Sequence record: DRR723986_8121
DNA length: 61,390 nucleotides
Direction: 5' to 3' (one strand)
Position 1 is the stretch's first letter. Every line of letters begins with the position of its first letter. The position numbers and the translations under genes are program-made. Positions 29,297 to 38,921 of the stretch are shown piece after piece. The notes beneath the pieces are model-generated. The model searched no databases and was not told the origin of the DNA. It saw only the letters and a list, made by a program, of their open reading frames with translations.

Positions 29297-30235
29297 CTAA
29301 CGCTTAGTCAACCATAAATAAATCTTATTAGAAATAACAAACGGACGTATTTTGTTCAATACTTTTAGCAAAAAACGAGGTAAGGCTAATAGTGTTTTTT
29401 GTTTAAAAGATAAATTGTCAATATCGATAAATTGCAGCGTGTTTTTGTAGATACTCAACTCTCCATTAATTTTAGTTCTTAATGCTAAACCGTATCTTTT
29501 TTGATCTAAATAGTTTTTAAGACTTAGATTTTCTTTTTCATAATCTGTAAATGAACTAAACAATGCAAATCTAGCCTTATTGTGTTCATTTTTTGATAAA
29601 CTATCAGTGATAGATTTATTATAAATCATGGTTTGTTTTGGGTGAAAAACTATAGTGTCTTTTAATGCTATTCTTATCCATAAATCTATGTCTTGACCAG
29701 TTGTGTAGAGAGGATTAAACATACCAAAGTCTAAGAATTTTTGTTTAGAAACACAAGCTGCAGAAGTCCAAACAACCGTATCTTTTAAACTAGCTTTAAA
29801 AAATTCTTGAATCTGGATTGGTTCATTATCATAATCAAAGTTAAATTGAGCTGGTTTGGTATAATTGCCATTATAATTAATCTTATAATTGTTACAATAT
29901 AGTCCAGCCTTTGGGAAGGTCGCTATACTTTCATTAAGTGTTTCTAAATGGTTGTTTTTCCAGATATCGTCAGCATCTAAAAATGCGATATATTCACCTT
30001 TAGAAAACTTTACTCCGTTATTTCTAGCAATGCTAACTCCTGAGTTTTTTTGATTATAAATCCTGATTTTATCAGAAGTAATATTTTTAATTAGAGTAAC
30101 ACTTTGGTCAGTAGAGCCGTCATTAACAACAATAATTTCGTAATCAATAAACGATTGTTCTAAAACACTATTTATACTTGCAGAAATATATTCGGCCTTG
30201 TTATATAGCGGTATGACAACAGAGAAAAATGGCAT
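29297..30235 (-). CDS. Glycosyltransferase family 2
   Basis: SVVIPLYN, VNDGSTD and FLDADD motifs. Confidence 0.92.
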   Translation of the reverse strand: MPFFSVVIPLYNKAEYISASINSVLEQSFIDYEIIVVNDGSTDQSVTLIKNITSDKIRIYNQKNSGVSIARNNGVKFSKGEYIAFLDADDIWKNNHLETLNESIATFPKAGLYCNNYKINYNGNYTKPAQFNFDYDNEPIQIQEFFKASLKDTVVWTSAACVSKQKFLDFGMFNPLYTTGQDIDLWIRIALKDTIVFHPKQTMIYNKSITDSLSKNEHNKARFALFSSFTDYEKENLSLKNYLDQKRYGLALRTKINGELSIYKNTLQFIDIDNLSFKQKTLLALPRFLLKVLNKIRPFVISNKIYLWLTKR

Positions 30236-31540
30236 TTAGTGTTTTTCTAATATATAATTTGCAATGCTTTTAGAGGATGTTAGATGTTTGTCACTAAGAG
30301 TACCTTTCAAAAGTACTTTGTTAAATAATAAGGTCTTGAAATTATCAATGTAATTTTTGTTAGGTACATGGTTTAAGGCTGTATTTAATATTGTTTTTAG
30401 TTCGTCCAGCTGTTTTAGCTTAAGGCAAATTTTATCATCATCATAAAATGCATTACCCAAGACCACAACGGTTTTATACTTCAAAATGGCTTCAATACCA
30501 ACGGTAGAGTTATTGACAATTACAACTTTAGCATTACCAATTGCCAGATCTAAACCTGTATCGTTATCTTTAAAAATATTATGCTCGGTGATAAAATTAT
30601 ACATAGCTGCTTCATATTTATTAATGTAAAGCGGATGTTCTCGTATTACTAATTCTACACCTGAAGGTAAATTATTATAAACTGAGGTTATTATATCTAA
30701 ATGAGAATTAAAAATAGGGCTATGACAAATCATATTCACATCTAAGGGTATTTGCAAAATGAGTAAGTAAATTTGTTTATTCAACTTACTAAGATTATCC
30801 TGATTTTTAATTTTTCTCTTTGATATATAACTATTTACATCTGTTTTTATTAAGTCTGGCGGATAGATGCTGGTCTTTTCAAATAATGCCTTAATGGCCA
30901 TGTCCAGACCTCTGTATAATGGCGATCTGTTATATTTTACTGTTTTATTGTCTAAACTGTAAGTTGAAAGTTCAGTATCAGCTTTTAAGTCCATGTCCTT
31001 AAAATCCCTACGAATACTTAGGTTAGCATTGACACCTTTTTCATCTAAAAATGTGGTGTTAAATGGCCCTTGCTCTATGTAATAAATTTTAATGTTTTTT
31101 TGTTTGGCTATAGCTAAACCAACTTCTATGCCCATTCTGGAGTCACCGATACTAATTATGCAATCTGGCTGAAATTTGGTGTATATATTATGAAAGATGT
31201 CGATGTAAGCTAAGACCTGTAGCTGTAATGATTCAATTGAAATCGCATCATCTAAAGCAATATGAAACTCAATGAAATCATTAAAGGGCAGACCCTTATA
31301 TTCTTCTTGGGTTTTAACAATAGCACGATACTTATTTTTGTTTTTTCTAGCAATTCTCCATGCTTTAAAAGAAATCCAACTGCTAAATTTAAATCTTATA
31401 AAAGGGTACAAAAATCCGCTAAGGTAAAGGCTATAAATTCTAACCTTAGATTCACCATGGAAATTAGCTTTTAGAGTAGCATCTATATCAAGATAAAATC
31501 TTGAAAACTTGTCTAATGTACTTAAGCAAATAATTTTCAT
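30236..31540 (-). CDS. KpsS/Capsule_synth-like protein (putative beta-Kdo transferase or capsule-modification enzyme)
   Basis: LQIPLD, REHP and NNSTVGIEA motifs typical of KpsC/KpsS domains. Confidence 0.7.
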   Translation of the reverse strand: MKIICLSTLDKFSRFYLDIDATLKANFHGESKVRIYSLYLSGFLYPFIRFKFSSWISFKAWRIARKNKNKYRAIVKTQEEYKGLPFNDFIEFHIALDDAISIESLQLQVLAYIDIFHNIYTKFQPDCIISIGDSRMGIEVGLAIAKQKNIKIYYIEQGPFNTTFLDEKGVNANLSIRRDFKDMDLKADTELSTYSLDNKTVKYNRSPLYRGLDMAIKALFEKTSIYPPDLIKTDVNSYISKRKIKNQDNLSKLNKQIYLLILQIPLDVNMICHSPIFNSHLDIITSVYNNLPSGVELVIREHPLYINKYEAAMYNFITEHNIFKDNDTGLDLAIGNAKVVIVNNSTVGIEAILKYKTVVVLGNAFYDDDKICLKLKQLDELKTILNTALNHVPNKNYIDNFKTLLFNKVLLKGTLSDKHLTSSKSIANYILEKH

Positions 31541-31665
31541 GTAAAGCTAACGTTGTCTCAAAAGATTAATTTGACTACAATGTAATTAATTTATAAATGA
31601 AGCTCAAAGACTATTGCTTTAAATGATTTTAATTTAAATTGCAGTATTAAAAAAAAGCTTTAGAT

Positions 31666-32499
31666 TTGGAAATATCTTCATCAGAATTGGTAAATCATAT
31701 TTGTGATAAATTAAGATCTCAAAAAGAAGACCTTGTTATCGCCTATAATTCTTCAAAATCTAATATTGGCCATTTTTACATTGATGATTTATTACCAAAA
31801 GAAGTCGCTTTAGAATGTTATAATGTGTTTCCATCTAAGGATGATATGCGATGCCTAAATAGTATCAGAGAATACAAGTATGTCTCTGCACAAATGAATA
31901 ATCACCATCCTTTATTAGAGAAAGTACTTTATGCCTTTCAAGATGACGATGTTGTTAAATTAATTAGTGAAATATGTAATGTGAGTACGCTATATGCAGA
32001 TAAAACGCTATATGCTGGAGGATTGTCAAAAATGTCTAAGAACAATTTTTTAAATCCACATTTAGACAACTCGCACGATGCAGAAAGAGAGCGTTGGCGT
32101 GTATTTAATTTACTTTATTACGTAACGCCAAATTGGAAATTAGATGATGGTGGACACTTAGAATTATGGCCAAAAGGACCTAAAAAGAAACCAGTTATTA
32201 TAGAAAGTAAATTTAATCGTTTGGCGGTTATGGCAACTCATGATACATCTTGGCATTCGGTTAATAAAGTAGAATCAGAATCGGCATCGAGATGCTGTAT
32301 ATCTAATTATTATTTTAGTCCTAACCCTTTAAAAGAAACAGATAAATTTCATGTTACTAAATACAGAGGGCGACCAGAAGAAACTTTTAAGAATATAATT
32401 TTAGACGCAGACGCACAACTAAGAATGTTAGTAAGAAAAATATTTAAAAAAGGAATAAGAAAAAACCCTCATATTTATAAAGATAAAGAGACGTCTTAA
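31666..32499 (+). CDS. 2-oxoglutarate/Fe(II)-dependent oxygenase
   Basis: HxD (HLD), distal His (SWHSV) and 2OG-binding Arg (SRCC) motifs; TTG start. Confidence 0.85.
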   Translation: MEISSSELVNHICDKLRSQKEDLVIAYNSSKSNIGHFYIDDLLPKEVALECYNVFPSKDDMRCLNSIREYKYVSAQMNNHHPLLEKVLYAFQDDDVVKLISEICNVSTLYADKTLYAGGLSKMSKNNFLNPHLDNSHDAERERWRVFNLLYYVTPNWKLDDGGHLELWPKGPKKKPVIIESKFNRLAVMATHDTSWHSVNKVESESASRCCISNYYFSPNPLKETDKFHVTKYRGRPEETFKNIILDADAQLRMLVRKIFKKGIRKNPHIYKDKETS

Positions 32500-32501
32500 A
32501 G

Positions 32502-33365
32502 CTACAAATATGGATTGTCTAATATCCGTTTTGTATCTTCTCTTTTAGTATTAAATCTATAATCATGGTCCAACACGTGTAAATAATAGATTTGCTTTAT
32601 CCAATTAGAGTTTTTAAACAATCGCTTATTTTCTAAGAAGCGATGGTATTTAATATTTCGCAATTGATTTTCTTCATTAAATTCTTTTATTGCTAATAAT
32701 TCACCACATTTATCATTGTGGTTGTCCATAAATATGTCATCAAAATAGATAAATGTGAGTGGTAGGAAGAATTGAGCTTTTTGTTTAAATAACTCTAAGA
32801 CATCTTTAGTAGAACTGTAATAATCTACGTCAATGGAGACAAATCCTATAGGTGCCCCGTCAGATTTGAGTTTTAAATAGTCTAGAAGCGTTTCTTTAAT
32901 AGGTCCAATAAAAAGCCTTGCTTTTCCCTTGATTCTTTCTTCTAGTATTGCTCTATTCATAGGGAAATCACCTGTATTATAATACTCTGGGTGATCTCTA
33001 TAATCCTTAGGTTCTGGCATACCTTCTCCAGTATCAAAACCAAAGATGTTTATTTTTATATTGGTGGTTCTTGTAACTCTTTCTGCAATTTTAATCATAT
33101 TCATTAGACCACTACCATGTGCTACACCAAATTCTAAGATGTCAATTTCATCAAATCCTCTTTCTTTTGCCTGGTCTGCAGCCTTTAATATTGAATAAGC
33201 ATGGTGCTGTCTCAGGATAAGATCATAAAAAACTTTACGTCTAAATGATCCAAAAAAGTATACAAAGAGGCTTATAAAATTTAAATGTAAGGGTTCGGAA
33301 AGACGTTCTTTATAGATTCTATTCCATATTCTTTTTTTAGCTAAGCGTTTAAGAAGAAAACTCAT
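32502..33365 (-). CDS. TylF/MycF/NovP-like O-methyltransferase
   Basis: LEFGVAHG, GFDTGEGMP, IDVDYYSST and YFDD motifs. Confidence 0.6.
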   Translation of the reverse strand: MSFLLKRLAKKRIWNRIYKERLSEPLHLNFISLFVYFFGSFRRKVFYDLILRQHHAYSILKAADQAKERGFDEIDILEFGVAHGSGLMNMIKIAERVTRTTNIKINIFGFDTGEGMPEPKDYRDHPEYYNTGDFPMNRAILEERIKGKARLFIGPIKETLLDYLKLKSDGAPIGFVSIDVDYYSSTKDVLELFKQKAQFFLPLTFIYFDDIFMDNHNDKCGELLAIKEFNEENQLRNIKYHRFLENKRLFKNSNWIKQIYYLHVLDHDYRFNTKREDTKRILDNPYL

Positions 33366-33367
33366 AG

Positions 33368-34051
33368 TTATTGCTTACGTTGCACTACTTCAAAAACTTT
33401 ATTCTCGTCGCATTTTAAGGTTTTACTCGGATACTTTAAAAGCAAAGCATAGTCGTGAGTCGCCATTAAAATGGTATTTCCGTTTTTATTAATGTCTTGC
33501 AACACTTCCATCACTTCAATGCTAGTTTGCGGATCTAAATTTCCTGTAGGTTCATCTGCCATGATAAGCTCTGGATCATTTAACAAGGCTCTGGCAATAG
33601 CAATACGTTGTTGTTCTCCACCAGATAACTCATGCGGATACTTAAAGCCTTTAGTCTTCATAGCAACCTTGTCTAAAACCGTTTCAATACGGTCTTTAAT
33701 CTTATCTTTTTCCTTCCAGCCAGTTGCTTTTAAAACAAACTCTAAATTTCCATTTATTGTTCGGTCTGGTAATAACTTAAAGTCTTGAAAAACAATACCA
33801 AGTTTACGTCTTAAAAACGGAATATCTTTTTCTTTCATTGTCCTTAGGTTAAAATCTACTACTGAGCCTTCACCTTCGGTCAATTCTAAATCGCCATAAA
33901 GCGTTTTCATAAAACTACTTTTACCACTTCCTGTTTTACCTATGAGATATACAAAATCGCCTTTCTGCATTTCAAAATCCACATCAGAGAGTACCATGCT
34001 TTCTCCTTGATAAATTGTAGCGTCTTTTAGTTTTAAAACCGTTTCTGACAT
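33368..34051 (-). CDS. ftsE: Cell division ATP-binding protein FtsE
   Basis: GKTGSGKS, PFLRRKLGIVFQDFKLL, LSGGEQQR and DEPTGNLD motifs. Confidence 0.88.
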   Translation of the reverse strand: MSETVLKLKDATIYQGESMVLSDVDFEMQKGDFVYLIGKTGSGKSSFMKTLYGDLELTEGEGSVVDFNLRTMKEKDIPFLRRKLGIVFQDFKLLPDRTINGNLEFVLKATGWKEKDKIKDRIETVLDKVAMKTKGFKYPHELSGGEQQRIAIARALLNDPELIMADEPTGNLDPQTSIEVMEVLQDINKNGNTILMATHDYALLLKYPSKTLKCDENKVFEVVQRKQ

Positions 34052-34151
34052 ATTTTTTTGACGTAATTTAGATTAGTGTAAATGTATTGTTTAAAAAGAC
34101 AATTGCCAAATACCAATGTTATAATGGCATGGAAATTGAAAAGTTATATTT

Positions 34152-35753
34152 ATGAAACATTTAGTTAATATATTTTTGTTCTTATTTGTTTCCGGTTCGC
34201 TGGCACAACAAGAATTCCATGTTTTTCCTTTAGATGGTAAAGAGGTTAAAGGAACACCACAAGGTGATGGTTCTTTAACTAATCCGTGGGATTTACAAAC
34301 GGCTTTGTCACAATCTAAAGAACGTGTAAATGGAGGAGATATTATTTGGCTACATCAAGGTGTTTATACTGGGCGTTTTAAAAGTAAATTGCAATCTACA
34401 TTATCCAATACATATGTTACAGTTTCAGGTTATAAGTCCGATAAGGTTATTATTAATGGAAATGTCAACTCTACCAAAAACTATGTGCTTGAGGTCAAAG
34501 GTAAAAACGTCATTTACAAAAATTTTGAAGTCACCTATTTAGGTGAGTTTTCCAGAGATGGTCCTGATGGTAGTATACCTTCGTTAGAGGGAATTAATCA
34601 TAGTTCTGGTGAGGATTGCATATTTCAGAATTTGGTAATTCATAATATTCCTGGTTTGGGTTTTGGTTCTTGGAAAGCTACTGGAGGAACTATTATTGAA
34701 GATTGTATTATTTATAATAACGGATTTATGGGTGTAAAGCGTGGTGAAGGAGAAGGCATGTATATTCAGAATCAAAGTGATAAAACACGTCTTATTAGAA
34801 ATAATATCATTTTTAATAATTATTATAAAGGTATCGAAGTGTGGTCTGCAAGTTCAGGAAAAAACAAGGTTTTTGTTAAACATATAGATATAATTGATAA
34901 TATTATATTTAATAGTGGAATGCCATCTGGTGGTCACCGCGGAAATATCATAGTTGCTTCTAATGATAAGGAAGGTGTTAATATAGCAAAACACATAAAA
35001 ATAAAGGGTAATGTACTTTATCATAATGTAGATTTAAAAAGTCATAAAAACTCCGGAAAAGCCGCTTCCTTAACACTTGGATTTATTAAAAAATCATTAG
35101 TAGAAGATGTTACTGTGACAAACAATTATATCATAGGGCAAAATAATGCCTTTAATATTTACCACGCTAAAAGTGTTAATATTCAAAACAATACTATTTA
35201 TGGTGGTTATGTACATTTTCAGTCGTCTAGTCTTGCTGGTCTAAACTCTAGAAGCTTACGGTTTAACTATAACAAGTATTTTACTAAAAATAGCACACCC
35301 TTTAGGATAACAAATGATAAGGATTATAGCTTTTCTGACTGGAAACAGACGTTTGATTTAGATGGTGACAGCCAATGGCAATTACGACAAAAATTCAAAA
35401 CAGAAAACGTTTTGAAAGTTGTACCATTGATAACAAATTCTAACCATTTTAATATAGCCTTGTTAGATGAAAATGGGGAAAATATCATTGTGGATTTTAG
35501 TAACTACGGTATTGAAGAAGGTATGGTATATAAAATCTATGATATTGAAAATAGAAATGTTGTGGTTAAATCTGGTAAAACAGGCAAAGACTTAAAAATA
35601 GAATTTCCAATGGGTTTAAAGACATTTGAAATGCCTTTGCATAATTCAATTGCTAAAAAATCCTCAGATAACTTTGGAGTGTTCAGAATTGAGTTTAAAC
35701 CTGCTCCCAAAAAGAAAGGATTGTTTGAGCGCTTGTTTGGATGGTTATTTTAA
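34152..35753 (+). CDS. Secreted right-handed beta-helix (pectin lyase-like) protein
   Basis: Signal peptide, GDGSLTNPW motif, Asn-rich IxNNxIxNN repeats. Confidence 0.75.
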   Translation: MKHLVNIFLFLFVSGSLAQQEFHVFPLDGKEVKGTPQGDGSLTNPWDLQTALSQSKERVNGGDIIWLHQGVYTGRFKSKLQSTLSNTYVTVSGYKSDKVIINGNVNSTKNYVLEVKGKNVIYKNFEVTYLGEFSRDGPDGSIPSLEGINHSSGEDCIFQNLVIHNIPGLGFGSWKATGGTIIEDCIIYNNGFMGVKRGEGEGMYIQNQSDKTRLIRNNIIFNNYYKGIEVWSASSGKNKVFVKHIDIIDNIIFNSGMPSGGHRGNIIVASNDKEGVNIAKHIKIKGNVLYHNVDLKSHKNSGKAASLTLGFIKKSLVEDVTVTNNYIIGQNNAFNIYHAKSVNIQNNTIYGGYVHFQSSSLAGLNSRSLRFNYNKYFTKNSTPFRITNDKDYSFSDWKQTFDLDGDSQWQLRQKFKTENVLKVVPLITNSNHFNIALLDENGENIIVDFSNYGIEEGMVYKIYDIENRNVVVKSGKTGKDLKIEFPMGLKTFEMPLHNSIAKKSSDNFGVFRIEFKPAPKKKGLFERLFGWLF

Positions 35754-35814
35754 CATTTAATAAGTCAGTTTATAATTATACAGAATTTCTATCGTTATAG
35801 GTTTTGTATTAAAT

Positions 35815-35822
35815 TATATTTG
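35815..35822 (+). promoter_or_regulatory. -7 promoter element for the TPR gene
   Basis: TATATTTG 46 nt upstream of the ATG. Confidence 0.5.
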
Positions 35823-35868
35823 AAACGATATAAAATCATCAATAATTAATAATCAAAAAACGGAACTA

Positions 35869-38800
35869 ATGCTATTTTTAAAAAGACAGTTAATCATCGT
35901 TTTTCTTACCTTTTCTTTGCTTGGTGTAGCACAAAAATCTGCAATTTATACCAGTGATTTACAAGATTACCAGAAAGCATTAACGCTATATAATAACAAA
36001 CAGTATAAGGCAGCACAGTCACTCTTTGATGATATAAAATACAATACAGATGATGCTCTATTACAATCTGATTGTTCCTATTATATAGCTAATTGTGCAG
36101 TCCGTTTAAATCAGAAAAATGCGGACGACTTAGTATTAAAATTTGTTGAAGAATACCCGACGAGTACTAAGCGTAATACGGCATTTCTAGACGTTGCTGA
36201 TTATTATTTTGAAAACTCTAAATATGCATATGCTCGCAAGTGGTATGAAAAGGTTGATGAGTTGAGTATTGCACGTTCTGAACGCAATAGATATAACTTT
36301 AATTATGGCTACTCATTTTATGCAACTGGTAGTAAAAAACAAGCTACAAAATATTTAAATCGTGTTGTGGATTCTAAAGAATATGGCTCGGAGGTCAAGT
36401 ATTATATTGGGTACATGGCTTATGAAGGAGACGATTATGATACCGCCAATGAATATTTTGATCAGGTTAGTGATAATGAAAAGTACAAGGAAAAGCTATC
36501 TTATTATCAGGCCGATTTAAATTTTAAATTGGGGAAATTTGAAAAAGCCATTGAACTTGCAAAAGAACAACTACCAAATAGTAATGGAGTAGAAGAGTCT
36601 GAGTTAAATAAAATAATTGGTGAAAGTTATTTTAATCTCGAAAAATACACAGAGGCAATTCCATATTTGCAAGCCTATAAGGGCAAAAGAGGTAAGTGGA
36701 ACAATACTGATTATTATCAATTAGGTTACACGTATTATAAGCAAAACGATTTTGAAAAAGCCATTTCAGAATTTAACAAAATTATAGATGGAGATAATGC
36801 TGTTGCACAAAACGCCTATTATCATTTAGGTGAGAGTTATATTAATTTAGATAAGAAACAAGAAGCACTAAATGCATTTAGAAATGCATCGGAAATGGAT
36901 TATGATGCTCAAATACAAGAGGACGCTTGGTTAAATTATGCAAAGATTAGTTATGAAATTGGTAATCCTTATCAATCCCTACCGCAAGTTTTAGCTGGTT
37001 ATCTAAATAAATACCCTGAAACGAAATATAAAGAAGAAATTGAAACCCTTTTAATAGACTCATATATTACATCAAAAAATTACAAGGAAGCTTTAGAGTT
37101 ATTAAAAGGTAAAAATAGTTTTGAAAACAAGGTAGCTTGCCAAAAGGTGGCATTTTTGAGAGGTATAGAATTATATAATGAATCAAATTATAATGAAGCT
37201 TTGGATCTATTTAATAGTTCCTTGAAAGAGCCAAGAGTACCAGCATTTGTTACAAGAGCGACATATTGGAAAGCTGAAACAGAATACAACTTAACTAATT
37301 ACAATGATGCACTAATTGGCTTTAAACAATTTGCAGGTATGGCAGACGCCTCTAGCCTAATTCAAAATGATAATTTAGATTATAACATAGCCTACACATA
37401 TTTTAAGTTAAAGGATTATACCAATGCCACGAAATATTTTAAAAAGTTTATAGACCAAAATAATGGAGATCGACTACGAAGAAACGATGCCTATTTGAGA
37501 TTGGCAGATGGATATTTTGTGTCGAGTAAATACCAAAATGCCATAGATGCTTACAATAAGGCAATTCAGATTAATGAAATAGAAACAGATTACGCAGCCT
37601 TTCAAAAGGCCATGAGTAACGGTTATTTAGGAAAGAGCACTACTAAGATTTCTGAATTAAACTCATTTATAGAAGGATATCCAAATTCTGCATTACGAGA
37701 CGACGCCATGTATGAGTTAGCAAATACCTATGTGAAGACTAATAATACAGATAAAGCGATGCAGATGTATGATCGTTTGAATACAGAGTACAGAAAAAGT
37801 GCATTCACCTCTAAAGCGTTACTGAGACAAGGATTGGTGTATTATAACTCAAATGAGAATGAGCTTGCATTAAATAAGTTTAAGAAAGTTGCTAAAGATT
37901 TTCCAGCATCTGGTGAAGCTGTACAAGCGGTTTCTACAGCGCGTTTAATTTATATCGATTTAGGTAGAGTAGACGAATATGCTAGTTGGGTAAAATCACT
38001 GGATTATGTTGAGGTTACTGATATTGAGTTAGATAATACTATGTATTTAGCTGCTGAGAAACCTTATCTGGAAAATGATACAGATAAGGCAATTCGCCAG
38101 TTTAATAAATATTTAAATCAGTTTCCAAATGGTATACATGCTTTAAAATCGCATTTTTATTTAGCTCAATTGTATTACAAGAAAGATCTTTTTGAAAATG
38201 CTAAACCGCATTATAAATTCGTTGTTGAAGCTGCAAAAAGCGAATATACTGAGCTGGCAACTGTAAAGCTTTGTGAAATCTATTTATCTAATTCAGATTG
38301 GGAGATGGCCATACCATCCTTGCAGCAATTAGAGTCGGAAGCAGATTATCCGCAGAATGTGTTATATGCACAATCTAACTTAATGAAAGCCTATTATCAA
38401 ACTGAAGACTTTGGGTATGCAGATACTTATGCTGAAAAAGTGTTGTCAAATTCTAATTTAGATAATAAGGTAAAAAGTGATGCAAAAATCATTATTGCAC
38501 GTTCAGCTATTAAAACAGGTGATGAAACCAAAGCTAAAGCGGCCTATGCTGATGTTGAAAAAATTGCAACAGGTAGCGTTGCAGCTGAAGCCCTTTTTTA
38601 TAATGGCTTTTTTAAAAATAAGGAAGGTAAATATGAAGCATCTAATACAATCATTCAAAAATTAGCAAAGGATTATAGTAGTTATAAATATTATAGTGCC
38701 AAAGGTTTGGTGGTTATGGCTAAGAATTTTTATGCACTTGGTGATGCTTTTCAGGCAACATATATCTTAGAAAGTGTTATTTCTAATTTTTCTGAATATG

Positions 38801-38892
38801 ATGATGTTATAGAAGAGGCAACCATAGAATTAAATAAAATAAAAGCCGAAGAAGCTAAAACAAATTCATCAATCGAAACGGACGATAATTAA
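35869..38892 (+). CDS. Large exported tetratricopeptide-repeat protein
   Basis: 1007 aa, signal peptide, repeated AYYxLG..Y...A TPR helices. Confidence 0.9.
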   Translation: MLFLKRQLIIVFLTFSLLGVAQKSAIYTSDLQDYQKALTLYNNKQYKAAQSLFDDIKYNTDDALLQSDCSYYIANCAVRLNQKNADDLVLKFVEEYPTSTKRNTAFLDVADYYFENSKYAYARKWYEKVDELSIARSERNRYNFNYGYSFYATGSKKQATKYLNRVVDSKEYGSEVKYYIGYMAYEGDDYDTANEYFDQVSDNEKYKEKLSYYQADLNFKLGKFEKAIELAKEQLPNSNGVEESELNKIIGESYFNLEKYTEAIPYLQAYKGKRGKWNNTDYYQLGYTYYKQNDFEKAISEFNKIIDGDNAVAQNAYYHLGESYINLDKKQEALNAFRNASEMDYDAQIQEDAWLNYAKISYEIGNPYQSLPQVLAGYLNKYPETKYKEEIETLLIDSYITSKNYKEALELLKGKNSFENKVACQKVAFLRGIELYNESNYNEALDLFNSSLKEPRVPAFVTRATYWKAETEYNLTNYNDALIGFKQFAGMADASSLIQNDNLDYNIAYTYFKLKDYTNATKYFKKFIDQNNGDRLRRNDAYLRLADGYFVSSKYQNAIDAYNKAIQINEIETDYAAFQKAMSNGYLGKSTTKISELNSFIEGYPNSALRDDAMYELANTYVKTNNTDKAMQMYDRLNTEYRKSAFTSKALLRQGLVYYNSNENELALNKFKKVAKDFPASGEAVQAVSTARLIYIDLGRVDEYASWVKSLDYVEVTDIELDNTMYLAAEKPYLENDTDKAIRQFNKYLNQFPNGIHALKSHFYLAQLYYKKDLFENAKPHYKFVVEAAKSEYTELATVKLCEIYLSNSDWEMAIPSLQQLESEADYPQNVLYAQSNLMKAYYQTEDFGYADTYAEKVLSNSNLDNKVKSDAKIIIARSAIKTGDETKAKAAYADVEKIATGSVAAEALFYNGFFKNKEGKYEASNTIIQKLAKDYSSYKYYSAKGLVVMAKNFYALGDAFQATYILESVISNFSEYDDVIEEATIELNKIKAEEAKTNSSIETDDN

Positions 38893-38921
38893 TTCGTCTT
38901 AATTCAATCAAAACATATAAA

